A stretch of DNA of 64,000 bases from Polyangiales bacterium (GTDB lineage Bacteria > Myxococcota_A > Polyangia > Polyangiales > Polyangiaceae), in the NCBI GenBank assembly GCA_038231275.1, contig JBBRLQ010000023.1:60471-124470 (forward strand). The letters run 5' to 3'. The translations under genes and the position numbers were made by a program. Positions 56,161 to 64,000 of the stretch are shown here, piece by piece; the stretch's first letter is position 1, and every line of letters begins with the position of its first letter. The notes under the pieces are model-generated. The model did not search any database, had not been told where the DNA came from, and worked only from the letters and a program-made list of their open reading frames with translations.

Positions 56161-57633
56161 TTACGGCAGGCCGACGACGGGCACGGGCCCCGCCGCGTTG
56201 CTGCCCGTCGTTCCGCGGCCCACTTGGCCGTAGACGTTCATCCCCCAGCAGAGAACGCGCGCGTCCTTCGTCAGGACACACGAGTGACCTTGGCCGGAGA
56301 CCAGCTGCGCGACGTTCCCGAGCGAGCCGCCCGCGTCGCTCGCGCCAGTGACCACGACCGGGTTCCAGTTCTCGAAGCCGTTGAAGTTGGGCCCTCCGAA
56401 GACGCCGGAGCCGCACTCGCCGTCGTTGTTCCATCCGGAGCACTGGACTCCACCGCTCGCGAGCAGCGCGCACGCCGTCTCACCACCGGGGGCCATCGCC
56501 GCGATCGCGGGCGCCGGTGACCCGCCCCACGCGGTGTCGAGCTTCGGAGACGCGTTGTCGCCCACGCCGAGCTCGCCGTTGCCGTTGAAGCCCCAGCATT
56601 TTCCCACCGCCGCTTGCTGCGCGCACGTGAGGTAGGCGCCGGCGGTGAGGTCGCTGGCGATCGCGACCCCCGGCACAGCGTTCGCCTGCCCGTTGTCCGG
56701 ACCGGCGACGCCGAGCTCGCTGTGCGTGTTGCCGCCCCAGCACATGACCGTGCTTCCGGCGACGCACGTGTGATCCTCGCCCATCGCGAGCGTCGTCGCG
56801 CCGGTGACGCCGCTCACCGCGACCGGCACGTTGTTGCACTTCGACGGCGTGCCGCCGTTGGTGCAGGAGTAGTCGCCGCTGGCGCCGAGCGGGTGGCCGA
56901 GGCCGAGGTGTTGGTTGTCGCCCCAGCACCAGACGTGGTTGCTCCCGTCGATGCCGCACGTGCGATGGCCTCCTGCGCGCACCTGGAGGAAGCCCGAGAG
57001 CGCGAGAACGCGGTTGGGCGTGAGCTGCTCGCCGCTGATCGCCTGGCCGGTCTCCCCATACGACTGCGAGCCCCAGCAGAACACCGACTTGTCCGCCTTC
57101 TGCGCGCACGTGTGCTCGGCGCCGGCGGTGACGTCGACGATCTGATCGAACGGATTTCCGCTGATGTCCTTGCCGACGAGAACCGCGGCGGGTCGGTTCA
57201 CCTTGGTCACGTCGCCGTTCCCGAGCTGGCCGCTGGAGTTGAGGCCCCAGCAGTAGAGGCGGCCGTCCTTGGTGACCGCGCAAGTGTGGTAGGCGCTCGA
57301 GCCGGTAGCGATTTTCACTACCGTGTTCCCGCAGACGCCGTCGATGCACGCCACGGCGGCCGGGCACACGTGACCGCACGCGCCGCAGTTGCGCGCGTCG
57401 GTGAGCAGATTGCCGCAGGACGACTCCGCCGAGGTATCGGAGGAGCCGTCCGGCGACGCATCTGCCGGCCCGCCGTCGCCGAGCGCGTGGCCGTCGTCGC
57501 CGCCGCCGCCGTCGCCCGCCTCGTCGGGACCCGGTTGTCCGGAGAGCCCGTCGAGCGATGCGCAGGCGATCCCGAGGACGGGCGCCGCGACGAGCCACAC
57601 GAGCGCACCGGCGCGGCGGAGCGTGAAACGCAT
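56161..57633 (-). CDS. RCC1-repeat (beta-propeller) lipoprotein
   Basis: Lipobox GIAC, NCGACGHVC and repeated G..HTCA....G.xCWG.N..GQLG. Confidence 0.92.
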   Translation of the reverse strand: MRFTLRRAGALVWLVAAPVLGIACASLDGLSGQPGPDEAGDGGGGDDGHALGDGGPADASPDGSSDTSAESSCGNLLTDARNCGACGHVCPAAVACIDGVCGNTVVKIATGSSAYHTCAVTKDGRLYCWGLNSSGQLGNGDVTKVNRPAAVLVGKDISGNPFDQIVDVTAGAEHTCAQKADKSVFCWGSQSYGETGQAISGEQLTPNRVLALSGFLQVRAGGHRTCGIDGSNHVWCWGDNQHLGLGHPLGASGDYSCTNGGTPSKCNNVPVAVSGVTGATTLAMGEDHTCVAGSTVMCWGGNTHSELGVAGPDNGQANAVPGVAIASDLTAGAYLTCAQQAAVGKCWGFNGNGELGVGDNASPKLDTAWGGSPAPAIAAMAPGGETACALLASGGVQCSGWNNDGECGSGVFGGPNFNGFENWNPVVVTGASDAGGSLGNVAQLVSGQGHSCVLTKDARVLCWGMNVYGQVGRGTTGSNAAGPVPVVGLP

Positions 57634-57889
57634 GATCCTGAGCGTAGCACGCGCCTTGCGAACGCTCAGGTGACGATACCGAGCTCCTTACGAACGCTCA
57701 TCGTGCGCTCGACCGTCTTCATGATCTCGTCGCCGGTCACGCAGTGTGCGTTCCACGTTGGCGGCGCAGTGCTGCGCCTTCAGCAAGAGCGGGAGAATGA
57801 CGCGCTCCATGCGCGGCCCCCCCGAGCCTCATGCGCGACGGGCATAGAGGGGAAAGGTCGGACGCGTCAACCCACGTGGGCGCGGGCCG

Positions 57890-59125
57890 TCAGGGCGAGA
57901 TTTCGAGGACGTGGTTGTCGCAGCCGCCGGTCGACTCGTCGTCCATGCCGATGCGATCGGCGGTCGGGCACGTGCTCTGGCCGTTGTCCGGATCGTGCTC
58001 GTTGGTGCGAAGGAGCTTCATGCCGTCGGCGGTGCGTGTGGCGAGCTGATCCATCACCGATTGATCGGGGAGCCTCACGCCGCTGTAGGGCGTGGGACCG
58101 ACGCTGAGGAGCGCGTAGCGCGTCCGCGCGGGCTTCGGAAAGACGGCGTCGAGGAACTGCGAGCGCGTCGACGTGCTCGACCCATGATGGCCGACCTGGA
58201 AGATGTCCACCGCGAGCTCGCTCGCGTGGCGCGTCAGGAGATCGCCCTCGACCGCGCCAGGCGAGCTGTCGGCGGCGCCGCGCGCCCCGGCTTCCGCGTC
58301 GCCCATGATCAGCATCGACGCCTTCCCGAGCGACAGGCGCAGGACGAGCGAGTTCAGGTTCACGTCGCCCTCGTGCGTCGCGCCGTCGGCGTGGAGCACC
58401 TTCGCCTTGGCGCCGTGGCCGAGGGAGATCGAGTCGTCTTCCGCGAAGCCCGTCCACGAGAACCCGTCGGGCAGCGTCGCGCCGAGGAACGTCGACGGCA
58501 GCGGGCTCGGGGGCGGCGACGCGGTGTGGTACTTCACGCCGGTCTCGGCGGTGACGCTCGCGAAGAAATCGGTGTACGCCTGGCTGCCGCTGTACGCCGC
58601 GCCGGGCTCCCAGACGTTCTTCACGTTGTAGCAATGGAGCACGTCGCCGAGCATCGAGATGTGATCGCGGTGCGCGTGGCTCAGGAACATGTGATCGATC
58701 GTGCGCAGCGGCGAGTCGGTGCCCGGCTGCCACTTCTCGCCTTGCGGGACGCACTCGGGGCCGCCCGACGCGCCGAGGGTCGCGTAGAGGTACGCGAGGA
58801 GCCGGCTCTGGTTGCCCTTGTGCTCGCTCGTCGCTTGGATGCCGCGCGAGTCGTCGTTCGACCCGCCGTCGTACAGCATCGTGAAGTCGTGCCCCTGGAT
58901 GAGCATCGCGAGGCCGGTGCCGACGTCGATCATCGTCACGCGGTACGCGCCTGCGCTCGGCGGCGTCGACTTGATGCTCGTCGCAGCGGAGACCGGCGTG
59001 GCGGTGATCTTCGCCCGCGTGAGGTTCTCCTCGGACGCGTCGTCAGTCGGGGAAGCCGCGGCGCTGCAGGCGGCGGCGGCGAACAGAAAGAGGAGGGAGG
59101 CCCCTCGGGCGGCAAGAGAATGCAT
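57890..59125 (-). CDS. ComEC/Rec2-type metallo-beta-lactamase-fold hydrolase, stand-alone lipoprotein
   Basis: Lipobox AAAC, IDVGTG, LYDGG, SHAHRDH, NLNSLVLRL, MGDAE, VGHHGSSTS and LRTNE. Confidence 0.88.
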   Translation of the reverse strand: MHSLAARGASLLFLFAAAACSAAASPTDDASEENLTRAKITATPVSAATSIKSTPPSAGAYRVTMIDVGTGLAMLIQGHDFTMLYDGGSNDDSRGIQATSEHKGNQSRLLAYLYATLGASGGPECVPQGEKWQPGTDSPLRTIDHMFLSHAHRDHISMLGDVLHCYNVKNVWEPGAAYSGSQAYTDFFASVTAETGVKYHTASPPPSPLPSTFLGATLPDGFSWTGFAEDDSISLGHGAKAKVLHADGATHEGDVNLNSLVLRLSLGKASMLIMGDAEAGARGAADSSPGAVEGDLLTRHASELAVDIFQVGHHGSSTSTRSQFLDAVFPKPARTRYALLSVGPTPYSGVRLPDQSVMDQLATRTADGMKLLRTNEHDPDNGQSTCPTADRIGMDDESTGGCDNHVLEISP

Positions 59126-59540
59126 GATGCAAGCATGTAAGCGCACGTTTGGTGCCAATGTGGGCAACGCGGTTTTTCGTTGAAATCATTCGCATAATTT
59201 ATGGTGGAGAGAGCGTTATCCATCCCCCATCGGTGGATCGGCGCACCGCCGGCAAAGGTGTCCCGTGGACAACGCTACGTTCATTGGCCGCGCGCGCCAC
59301 GCGAGGCGCATGACGCTCGAGCGTTCGTTTGCGGGAACGAGCTCCGTCGCGACACGCCGATCACGATGTGAATCCATCGCCCAGTGGGGAGACGCGCGGG
59401 CGTCTGCGTCGCGCGCTCTCTCCGCGCGACAGAGGCCGACATCGCGCGGAGTCGAAATCGGATCGCGCGCGCGCTCAACTGCGGTTGGCTGTCGCCCGAA
59501 TGGATGACAATCGGGAAATTAGAGCGAAATCGCGCGCGCC

Positions 59541-59556
59541 GGGCACGTGCGTTGCT
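59541..59556 (+). promoter_or_regulatory. sigma54 (-24/-12) promoter for the OmpA-family gene
   Basis: GGGCACG-TGCG-TTGCT is a near-consensus TGGCACG-N4-TTGCW; SD GGAGG lies downstream before ATG 59581. Confidence 0.7.
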
Positions 59557-59580
59557 CGACCTCGCGCCCGGAGGTGCAGC

Positions 59581-61236
59581 ATGCGCAGCAACCGTTTGAC
59601 GTGGCCGGGCTTCGTCGCATTCGCGGTGGTGGTTCCGGCGGTGGCGATCGCCCAACCGCGGGGCAACGCGATCCCCGACGCGAACGGCGGCGGGATCGAC
59701 ACGCACCTCCTGCGGCCTGCGCTCGATTCGCGCGGCCTCCTCACGGTGAACGGTGTCGACGTGCTGCCGGCACAGACCTTCAGCTTCGGCCTCACGCTCG
59801 ACTACGGGCGCGGCGTCTTGCGTTTGCCCGACGGCGCGACATCGACGCACCTCGTGAGCGACTCGTTCGCGGGGACGTTCCTCGCGAGCTACGGCATCGG
59901 GAACCGCGCGGTGGTTGGCGTCTCGGCGCCGGTCGTCGGCATATACGGCGACGGCGTGGACTTCCAAGGGATCGCGAACGTCGCGATTCACGGCAAGGTG
60001 CGGCTCACGCGGCCGAGCGATTTCGTCGGGCTCGCCGTCGCCGCGCAGGTCGGCGTGCCGGTGTCGGACGCGCCGAAGAACGCCGGCGCCGATCCCGCCG
60101 CGTGGTACTGGCCGATGCTCGTCGCCGAGAAGCGCTTCGGTCCCTCCGACCTCGTTCGCTTCGCCATCAACGTCGGCTACCGAGGCCACGCCGCGAGCGG
60201 CACCACCCTCGTGCTTCGTGACGGCGTCGTCCGCGACGGGAGTCGCATCACGTACGGCGCAGGCGCGTCGGTGCGCGTCGCCGATCCGCTCGATCTCGTC
60301 GCGGAGACCTACGGCACCTACCTCCTCGGCTCGAGCGACGCTGCGGTGAGATCTTCGAACGAGGCGCTCTTCGGCGCGAAGGTGTTCGTCGAAGAGAGCT
60401 CGTTCCTCGTCGTAGGCGCTGGCCCGCGCGTCACCGGCGGCTTCGAGGCCGCCGACGTGCGCGCGCTGCTCGGCTTCATCTACGAGCCGCCCATGGGCGA
60501 TCGCGACGGCGACGGCGTCCGCGACGACGAGGACGCGTGCGTGACCAAGGCCGGTGCCAAGTCCAGCGATCCGCACAAGAACGGCTGCCCGCAAGACACC
60601 GACGAGGACGGCGCCACCGACGCCGAGGACGCGTGCCCGTACGTGAAGGGACCGCTGACCCGCGATGCGAGCACCAACGGCTGCCCGCCAATGACCGCGC
60701 CCGATCGCGACAAGGACGGCGTGCCCGACACCGTCGACGCCTGCCCGAACGACGCCGGAAAGCCGAGCGACGATCCGCTGCGAAATGGCTGCCCCGACGT
60801 GCTCCTCGGCGAGGTCGAGCTCACCCTCTTCGACAAGATCAATTTCCGAACGGCGAGCGCCGAGATCTTGCCGCAGTCCAGCCCCATCCTCGACAAGGTC
60901 GCCGTCGTGCTCAACGATCACCCGGATCTCTTGCGCATCGAGGTCGGAGGCCACGCGGACGAGCGCGGCGACGAGATCATGAACCTGCACCTCACGCAGG
61001 CGCGCGTCGACTCGGTCGTCGAGGCGCTCGTCGCGCGCAACGTCGAGCGCGGACGGCTACGCGGGAAGGGATATGGCTTCTACTGCCCGATCGATTCGGC
61101 GCACGGGGAGGTCGCGTGGACGAAGAATCGCCGCGTCGAGTTCCTGATCGTCGAGACCACGCGCGGCGCCACCGGCGTCACGCTCGGGTGCTCCATCGCC
61201 GCGAAGCACGGGGTCAAAGGAGCCGGCGTGCCTTGA
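59581..61236 (+). CDS. OmpA-family outer-membrane protein: N-terminal beta-barrel, thrombospondin type 3 repeats, OmpA C-terminal domain
   Basis: Signal peptide, DxDGDGVxDxxDAC repeats, IEVGGHADERG, NLHLTQARV and NRRVEF. Confidence 0.92.
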   Translation: MRSNRLTWPGFVAFAVVVPAVAIAQPRGNAIPDANGGGIDTHLLRPALDSRGLLTVNGVDVLPAQTFSFGLTLDYGRGVLRLPDGATSTHLVSDSFAGTFLASYGIGNRAVVGVSAPVVGIYGDGVDFQGIANVAIHGKVRLTRPSDFVGLAVAAQVGVPVSDAPKNAGADPAAWYWPMLVAEKRFGPSDLVRFAINVGYRGHAASGTTLVLRDGVVRDGSRITYGAGASVRVADPLDLVAETYGTYLLGSSDAAVRSSNEALFGAKVFVEESSFLVVGAGPRVTGGFEAADVRALLGFIYEPPMGDRDGDGVRDDEDACVTKAGAKSSDPHKNGCPQDTDEDGATDAEDACPYVKGPLTRDASTNGCPPMTAPDRDKDGVPDTVDACPNDAGKPSDDPLRNGCPDVLLGEVELTLFDKINFRTASAEILPQSSPILDKVAVVLNDHPDLLRIEVGGHADERGDEIMNLHLTQARVDSVVEALVARNVERGRLRGKGYGFYCPIDSAHGEVAWTKNRRVEFLIVETTRGATGVTLGCSIAAKHGVKGAGVP

Positions 61237-62518
61237 TCTCGAGATAGCTCTTCACGAGCTCCGGCGTCACGTCGCCGGGGCGCGCGTCGAGGACGAGGAC
61301 GCCGTGGCGCTTCAGCTCTCGCACGAGGCCGTCGCGCCATGCCAGCGTCTCTGCGGCGGCGGCGCGCACGTACACGTCGTCCTCGCCGGCGATCGGCGCG
61401 ACGGCGAGGGCCTCGATGTCCATGTCGCGCATGAGCACGCACAGCGGGAGGTGACGCGGGAGGAGCCCGCGCAGCGACGCCGCGAGATCCTTCGCGCTGC
61501 GCGGCTCGAGCAAATTCGTGAAGACGATGAAGAGCGAACGCGCCCGGATTTGCGCGCGTAAGAATCCCATCGCCGCGCGGTAGTCGGTCGCGTGGAGACC
61601 TGCGTCGAGCGCGTACACCGCGCGCGTCAATTTGCGCGCGCCGGCGCGGCCACCCGTCGGCGGGAGGAAGGTGCGCGGCGCGTCGTCGAACGCGAGGAAG
61701 CCCGCTTTGTCTCCCCCGCGAAGCGCCACGTCGGCGGCGAGGAGCGCGGCGCTGAGCGCGTGATCGACGCTCGTGATCCCGCCGCTCTCGCCGCGCATCG
61801 AACGACCGACGTCGAGCGCGAAGACGACATTCTGGTTGCTCTCGGCCTGGAACTGCCGAACCGTCGGATCGTCGCGCCGCGCGCTGGCACGCCAGTCGAT
61901 GTGGCGGACCTCGTCGCCGGCCTGGTACGGGCGCAGTCGCTCGAACTCGGTGTCGCCGCCGCGCACGCGAAGGCTCCCGAGCCGCGCGTCCTGCCGCCCT
62001 TGCCTCCGCAGAAGCTCCAGCGCGCGCGCCGCGTGCACGTCGGGGTATACGTCCACGTTGGCGGGGAGCTCCGTTCGCTCCTGGCGGCTCACGAGCCCGA
62101 GCGGCGACGCATAGCGCACGGTCACGCCGCCAAGCGCGCCGGCGCCGCGACGCGTGGGTGTGATCTCGTATTTCAGCGTCGCCTCGCCGAGGGGCGGAAG
62201 CTCGAACGTCGCCGGAAGCCCCGTTGCCGTCGTGTTCGGCAGCGGATCGTCGGTCACGCTTCCGCGCAGCGTCCGCCGGCTCCGGTTCTGGAGGCGCAGC
62301 GTCACGACGTTCGCGCGTCCGACCGAGAAGATCGCGGCCGCCGTCCGCGTGATCTCCACGCGTCGCCCCACCGCCAGCCCCAGATCGGCGAGCGCGAGCA
62401 GAACGATCGCAGCGTCGAGCGCATAGAGCGCCGCGTCGATGCGAGGAACGTACCCGGCCACCACAGCGACCGCGGTCGCGATCCACGCGAAGGCGGCAAG
62501 ACGACGTGTCGGGATCAC
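61214..62518 (-). CDS. DUF58 protein (MoxR-associated, vWA-like)
   Basis: GGDTEFERLRPYQAGDEVRHIDWRASAR, ALDVGRSM and GDKAGFLAF. Confidence 0.92.
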   Translation of the reverse strand: MIPTRRLAAFAWIATAVAVVAGYVPRIDAALYALDAAIVLLALADLGLAVGRRVEITRTAAAIFSVGRANVVTLRLQNRSRRTLRGSVTDDPLPNTTATGLPATFELPPLGEATLKYEITPTRRGAGALGGVTVRYASPLGLVSRQERTELPANVDVYPDVHAARALELLRRQGRQDARLGSLRVRGGDTEFERLRPYQAGDEVRHIDWRASARRDDPTVRQFQAESNQNVVFALDVGRSMRGESGGITSVDHALSAALLAADVALRGGDKAGFLAFDDAPRTFLPPTGGRAGARKLTRAVYALDAGLHATDYRAAMGFLRAQIRARSLFIVFTNLLEPRSAKDLAASLRGLLPRHLPLCVLMRDMDIEALAVAPIAGEDDVYVRAAAAETLAWRDGLVRELKRHGVLVLDARPGDVTPELVKSYLEIKARRLL

Positions 62519-62550
62519 GGCGGGATCACGGCGCGCTCACGAGATGCGAC

Positions 62551-63066
62551 CTAGAGGAGACTCTTGATCTCTTTCTCGATCTCCGCCTCTTCGCCGTCGT
62601 GGTAGCCCGTGTGCGTGAACTTCACCACGCCCTTGCGATCGACGATGAACGTCGACGGCATGCTCTTCGGCTGCCACTTCTTCGCGACGCTCTTGTCCCC
62701 GTCCCACCCCACCGGGAACTTCACGCCGTAGGTCTTGGCGAAGTCGACGATTCCTCCCTTGTCGTCGTCCTCGCTGATGGCCGCGATCTCGAGGCCGCTG
62801 GCCTTGTACTTCGTGTAGAGCTCCTGGAGCTTCGGGAAGCTCTTTTTGCAGGGCTCGCACCAGGTCGCCCAGAAGTCGACGACCATGACCTTGCCGGTTT
62901 GCAGGGTCATCTTGCCACCGCCGTTCATCGAATCGATCGTGAAGGTGCTGGCTTGGCTGCCACCAGCGGCCGCGCCGGACTGCGACGAGGCGTCTTTCGC
63001 ATCAGGGCAACCGACGAGCGCAACGGAGAGCGTGAGGATCGCAAGAAGGGAGTGGGACAATCGCAT
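62551..63066 (-). CDS. TlpA/ResA-like thioredoxin lipoprotein
   Basis: Lipobox LVGC, DFWATWCEPC and MPSTFIVDRKG. Confidence 0.92.
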   Translation of the reverse strand: MRLSHSLLAILTLSVALVGCPDAKDASSQSGAAAGGSQASTFTIDSMNGGGKMTLQTGKVMVVDFWATWCEPCKKSFPKLQELYTKYKASGLEIAAISEDDDKGGIVDFAKTYGVKFPVGWDGDKSVAKKWQPKSMPSTFIVDRKGVVKFTHTGYHDGEEAEIEKEIKSLL

Positions 63067-63107
63067 GACGACGGATGATAGTACGCCGAGGCGCGTCCCG
63101 TCACGCG

Positions 63108-64000
63108 TCACGCGGCCCGAGGCACCGGCAGAGTTCGCAAGATGTCGTCGATGCGCTCGTCGGGGCTCGTCCCTTGGAGCTGCGCGTCCGGGTGAAGGAG
63201 CACGCGGTGTCGAAGCACCGGTTTCACCATGGGTTTCACGTCGTCCGGGGTGACGAACGCGCGGCCTTCGCTGGCCGCGACGACTTGCGCGGCTTTCAAA
63301 AGTGCAATGGACGCACGGGGCGAGGCGCCCAGCTCGATCGCGCGATCGTCCCGTGTTTTCCGCGCCAGATCGACGATGTACGCCACGATCGAGTCGTCGA
63401 CGCGAACCGTCTGCGCGAACGCCTGCATCGCGACGAGCTCATGCGGCGTCGTCACCGACGTGATGTGGCGCAGGTCGCTCGGATCGAATCCGGCGGCGTG
63501 ATTTTTCACGATCGTCTGCTCGACGTCGCGCGGCGGATCCGCGACGGTCAGCTTCACGAGAAAACGATCCAGCTGCGCTTCGGGCAGCGGATACGTGCCT
63601 TGCGACTCGACCGGGTTTTGCGTGGCGACGACGACGAAGGGCTGAGGAAGCGGGCGCGAGGTCCCGTCGACCGTCACTTGACGATCCTGCATCGCCTCGA
63701 GCAGCGCCGACTGCGTCTTGGCGGGCGCGCGGTTGATCTCGTCGGCGAGGAGGAGCTGCGCGAAGATCGGACCGGGGATGAACGTGAACGACGACGTCTG
63801 GCGATCGAAGACGCTCGAGCCGGTGACGTCGCTCGGCATCAGATCGGGCGTGAACTGGATGCGCTTGAACGCGCACCCGCTGACGGCGGCCAGCGTGCGC
63901 GCGACCAACGTCTTGCCGAGGCCCGGCGCGCCTTCGACGAGGACGTGACCGCGTGCGAGCAGCCCGACGAGCACGCCGTCGACGAGCTCCTCTTGCCCGA
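63108..64000 (-). CDS. moxR: MoxR-family AAA+ ATPase, 5'-partial
   Basis: GHVLVEGAPGLGKT, RIQFTPDLMPSDVTG, LLADEINRAPAKTQSALLEAM, ATQNPVE.GTYPLPEAQLDRF and GASPR. Confidence 0.95.
   Translation of the reverse strand, partial: GQEELVDGVLVGLLARGHVLVEGAPGLGKTLVARTLAAVSGCAFKRIQFTPDLMPSDVTGSSVFDRQTSSFTFIPGPIFAQLLLADEINRAPAKTQSALLEAMQDRQVTVDGTSRPLPQPFVVVATQNPVESQGTYPLPEAQLDRFLVKLTVADPPRDVEQTIVKNHAAGFDPSDLRHITSVTTPHELVAMQAFAQTVRVDDSIVAYIVDLARKTRDDRAIELGASPRASIALLKAAQVVAASEGRAFVTPDDVKPMVKPVLRHRVLLHPDAQLQGTSPDERIDDILRTLPVPRAA

Noticed and set aside
57890..61236. Natural-competence locus or traAB outer-membrane-exchange locus
   Set aside because: The ComEC-like gene lacks the membrane channel domain, and no traA-like gene lies next to the OmpA/TSP3 gene.
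1..64000. Mobile elements, prophage, defence systems, rRNA and tRNA
   Set aside because: No transposase, integrase, phage or defence-family motifs, no marked low-GC island, and no structural RNA signature recognised by eye.

Overview
A GC-rich (roughly 70% by eye), gene-dense chromosomal window. The gene content is typical of Myxococcota, most like Polyangiales (inference from many Cys-rich 'DAG'-linker lipoproteins, a Ser/Thr kinase, a sigma54 activator, tandem PilZ and a TSP3-OmpA protein). About 50 CDS are supported; I found no rRNA, tRNA, CRISPR array or mobile element. Recognisable blocks: CstA; an ECF sigma factor with a probable anti-sigma partner; a MacAB-type ABC exporter with two permeases followed by a P450; an S53 protease; Sua5; an aromatic acyl-CoA (2-aminobenzoyl-CoA/abm-like) catabolic cluster interrupted by PilZ and M16C genes; an NtrC/hybrid-kinase pair; a PlsB-like acyltransferase; an S1-domain protein; and DUF58/MoxR. 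The most striking candidate for a new system is a translationally coupled gene pair at 5902-10769 (minus strand). It looks like a bacterial large-lipid-transfer (MTP/vitellogenin/apoB-like) protein split into two exported polypeptides. Other highlights: a 55-aa basic protein missing from the ORF track that sits behind a near-consensus sigma70 promoter, a flavin oxidoreductase fused to a fibronectin-III domain, two paralogous CxxCH beta-propeller lipoproteins, an anti-sigma-like/isochorismatase fusion lacking the catalytic Cys, and a window-wide signature of leaderless transcription. All family calls come from motif recognition by eye; no database searches were run.
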